Shown piece by piece: positions 32,810 through 33,797 of a stretch of DNA of 33,797 nt; within the stretch, counting starts at the first letter, position 1, and every line of letters begins with the position of its first letter. Source of the stretch: Anaerolineae bacterium. Lineage in GTDB: Bacteria; Chloroflexota; Anaerolineae; UBA7937; B3-Chlor. The notes beneath the pieces were generated by a model, which was not told the DNA's origin, searched no databases, and saw only the letters and a program-made list of their open reading frames with translations. The stretch covers positions 1-33,797 of the forward strand of contig DATEXS010000347.1 of assembly GCA_035256725.1 (NCBI GenBank). Reading direction: 5' to 3'. The translations under genes and the position numbers were made by a program.

Positions 32810-33595
32810 ATGGCCAAGGTTATCGCAGTCGCTGGAAAAGGTGGGACAGGCAAGACCCTGGTATCCGCCCTGCTTATAGGATATCTCATCGAAGAGGGCC
32901 GCGGGCCGATACTGGCCATCGACGCCGATCCCAGCACAAACCTTGATCTCACTCTGGGCACTTCGGCTCCGGAGAGCGTCGGGGACATTCGCGAGGACAC
33001 CTCGGAACAGGTGAGTTCGGGGACCTTCACAGCAGGCATCAGCAAGCCCGAGTACCTGGACCTGAGAATCAACCAGGCGTTGGTCGAGGAAAAGGGGTTC
33101 GATCTGCTAGCCATGGGGCGCCCTGAGGGACCTGGCTGCTACTGCGCCGCCAACAGCATGCTGAGATTGAGCATAGATCGACTGTCTCAATCGTACAGCT
33201 ACGTGGTGATCGACAATGAGGCCGGGCTCGAGCACCTGAGCCGGCGTACCACGCAGAACGTAGATCTTCTCCTGGTAGTCTCAGATCCCACGATGAGAGG
33301 CCTGACCACCGCGGAGAGGGTTACCCAGCTCATAGCAGAGCTCCGAACGAATGTTGGCCACGTGCGCCTGATCGTGAATCGCGTTCCCACCGACGAGAGT
33401 GGGCAGCCGATCCTCTCGCCACAGCTCGAGGGGTTCATCAATGACAGGCAGCTGAAGCTCGCCGGAGTCATTCCCATGGACCCGCTAGTGGCGGAATTCG
33501 ACACCGTCGGTCGCCCGCTCATCGAACTCCCGCGCGAATCACCCGCGCGGCAAGCCGTTGAAGCCACCTTCCGCTCGCTGGATGGGCTGCTCTGA
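32810..33595 (+). CDS. cooC: CooC/AcsF-type nickel-insertion ATPase (MinD/ParA superfamily)
   Basis: Deviant Walker A AGKGGTGKT at the N-terminus, the CxC metal motif GPGCYCAAN, Walker B VVIDNEAG, and a ~260 aa length. SD GAGGAGG precedes the ATG. Confidence 0.8.
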   Translation: MAKVIAVAGKGGTGKTLVSALLIGYLIEEGRGPILAIDADPSTNLDLTLGTSAPESVGDIREDTSEQVSSGTFTAGISKPEYLDLRINQALVEEKGFDLLAMGRPEGPGCYCAANSMLRLSIDRLSQSYSYVVIDNEAGLEHLSRRTTQNVDLLLVVSDPTMRGLTTAERVTQLIAELRTNVGHVRLIVNRVPTDESGQPILSPQLEGFINDRQLKLAGVIPMDPLVAEFDTVGRPLIELPRESPARQAVEATFRSLDGLL

Positions 33596-33639
33596 ACTCC
33601 TGGGCGCGCAGACACAAAAGAATTGACCAAGGAGACTGA

Positions 33640-33797
33640 ATGTCTAAGATAGCAATAACCGGCAAGGGTGGGGTTGGAAAGACGACACTAACCAGTCTGC
33701 TGAGCTACGTCTATGTCCAGCAAGGCCGCAGGGTCACCGTCATCGACGCGGACCCCTCGCCCAATCTCGCCTGGGCTCTAGGCTTTCCTGCGGAACT
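33640..33797 (+). CDS. Second CooC-type P-loop ATPase, N-terminal fragment that runs off the window
   Basis: MSKIAITGKGGVGKTTLTSLLSYVYVQQGRRVTVIDADPSPNL. SD AAGGAG lies 6 nt upstream, and the gene starts 44 nt after the first cooC-like gene. Confidence 0.75.
   Translation, partial: MSKIAITGKGGVGKTTLTSLLSYVYVQQGRRVTVIDADPSPNLAWALGFPAE

Noticed and set aside
33096-33104. tRNA T-arm-like GGTTCGATC
   Set aside because: It lies inside the well-supported CooC CDS and has no acceptor or anticodon arm context.
1-33797. CRISPR arrays, IS elements or transposases, integrases, phage genes, toxin-antitoxin pairs and known defence systems
   Set aside because: I looked for regularly spaced repeats, terminal inverted repeats, and DDE, tyrosine-recombinase or nuclease-type ORFs, and found none. 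The only repeats are the 51 nt coding repeat in the SBP linker and short intergenic direct repeats.

Overview
High-GC (~60%) bacterial chromosomal segment; the lipoproteins with Pro/Thr linkers and strong GGAGG-type SD sites suggest a Chloroflexota-like organism, but that is inference only. I support 31 protein-coding genes, and every CDS from 1239 to 30630 is on the minus strand. Left to right: the 3' part of an SbcC/Rad50-type ATPase; a small membrane protein translationally coupled to an endonuclease III homologue; and a ~16 kb co-directional block. That block holds an ECF sigma plus small partner, an orphan OppD-like ATPase, an OppD-OppF-OppB-OppC operon (the OppC has a ~170 aa N-terminal extension), a TgpA-like transglutaminase membrane protein coupled to a polytopic protein with a propeller-like repeat, and a peptide/nickel SBP-OppB-OppC operon behind a perfect consensus promoter and a ~290 nt leader. 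Next come gcvPB-gcvPA-gcvH preceded by a NUDIX hydrolase, a 3xLysM lipoprotein, a macro-domain gene abutting a 7TM/GAF-like/sigma-r4-HTH membrane protein, and the conserved cdsA-uppS-frr-pyrH-tsf-rpsB string. On the plus strand are a Trm112-like protein, a stand-alone EF-Tu-domain-II-like protein, OsmC and two tandem CooC-type Ni-insertion ATPases (the second is truncated by the window edge). I saw no rRNA, tRNA, CRISPR array, IS or phage element. Most of the window is housekeeping. The stretches most worth follow-up are the membrane-tethered HTH regulator plus macro pair, the transglutaminase plus propeller-like membrane pair wedged inside an unbalanced peptide ABC cluster, the long structured SBP leader, and three unexplained 230-470 nt intergenic regions. 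All domain calls come from motif recognition by eye; no searches were run.
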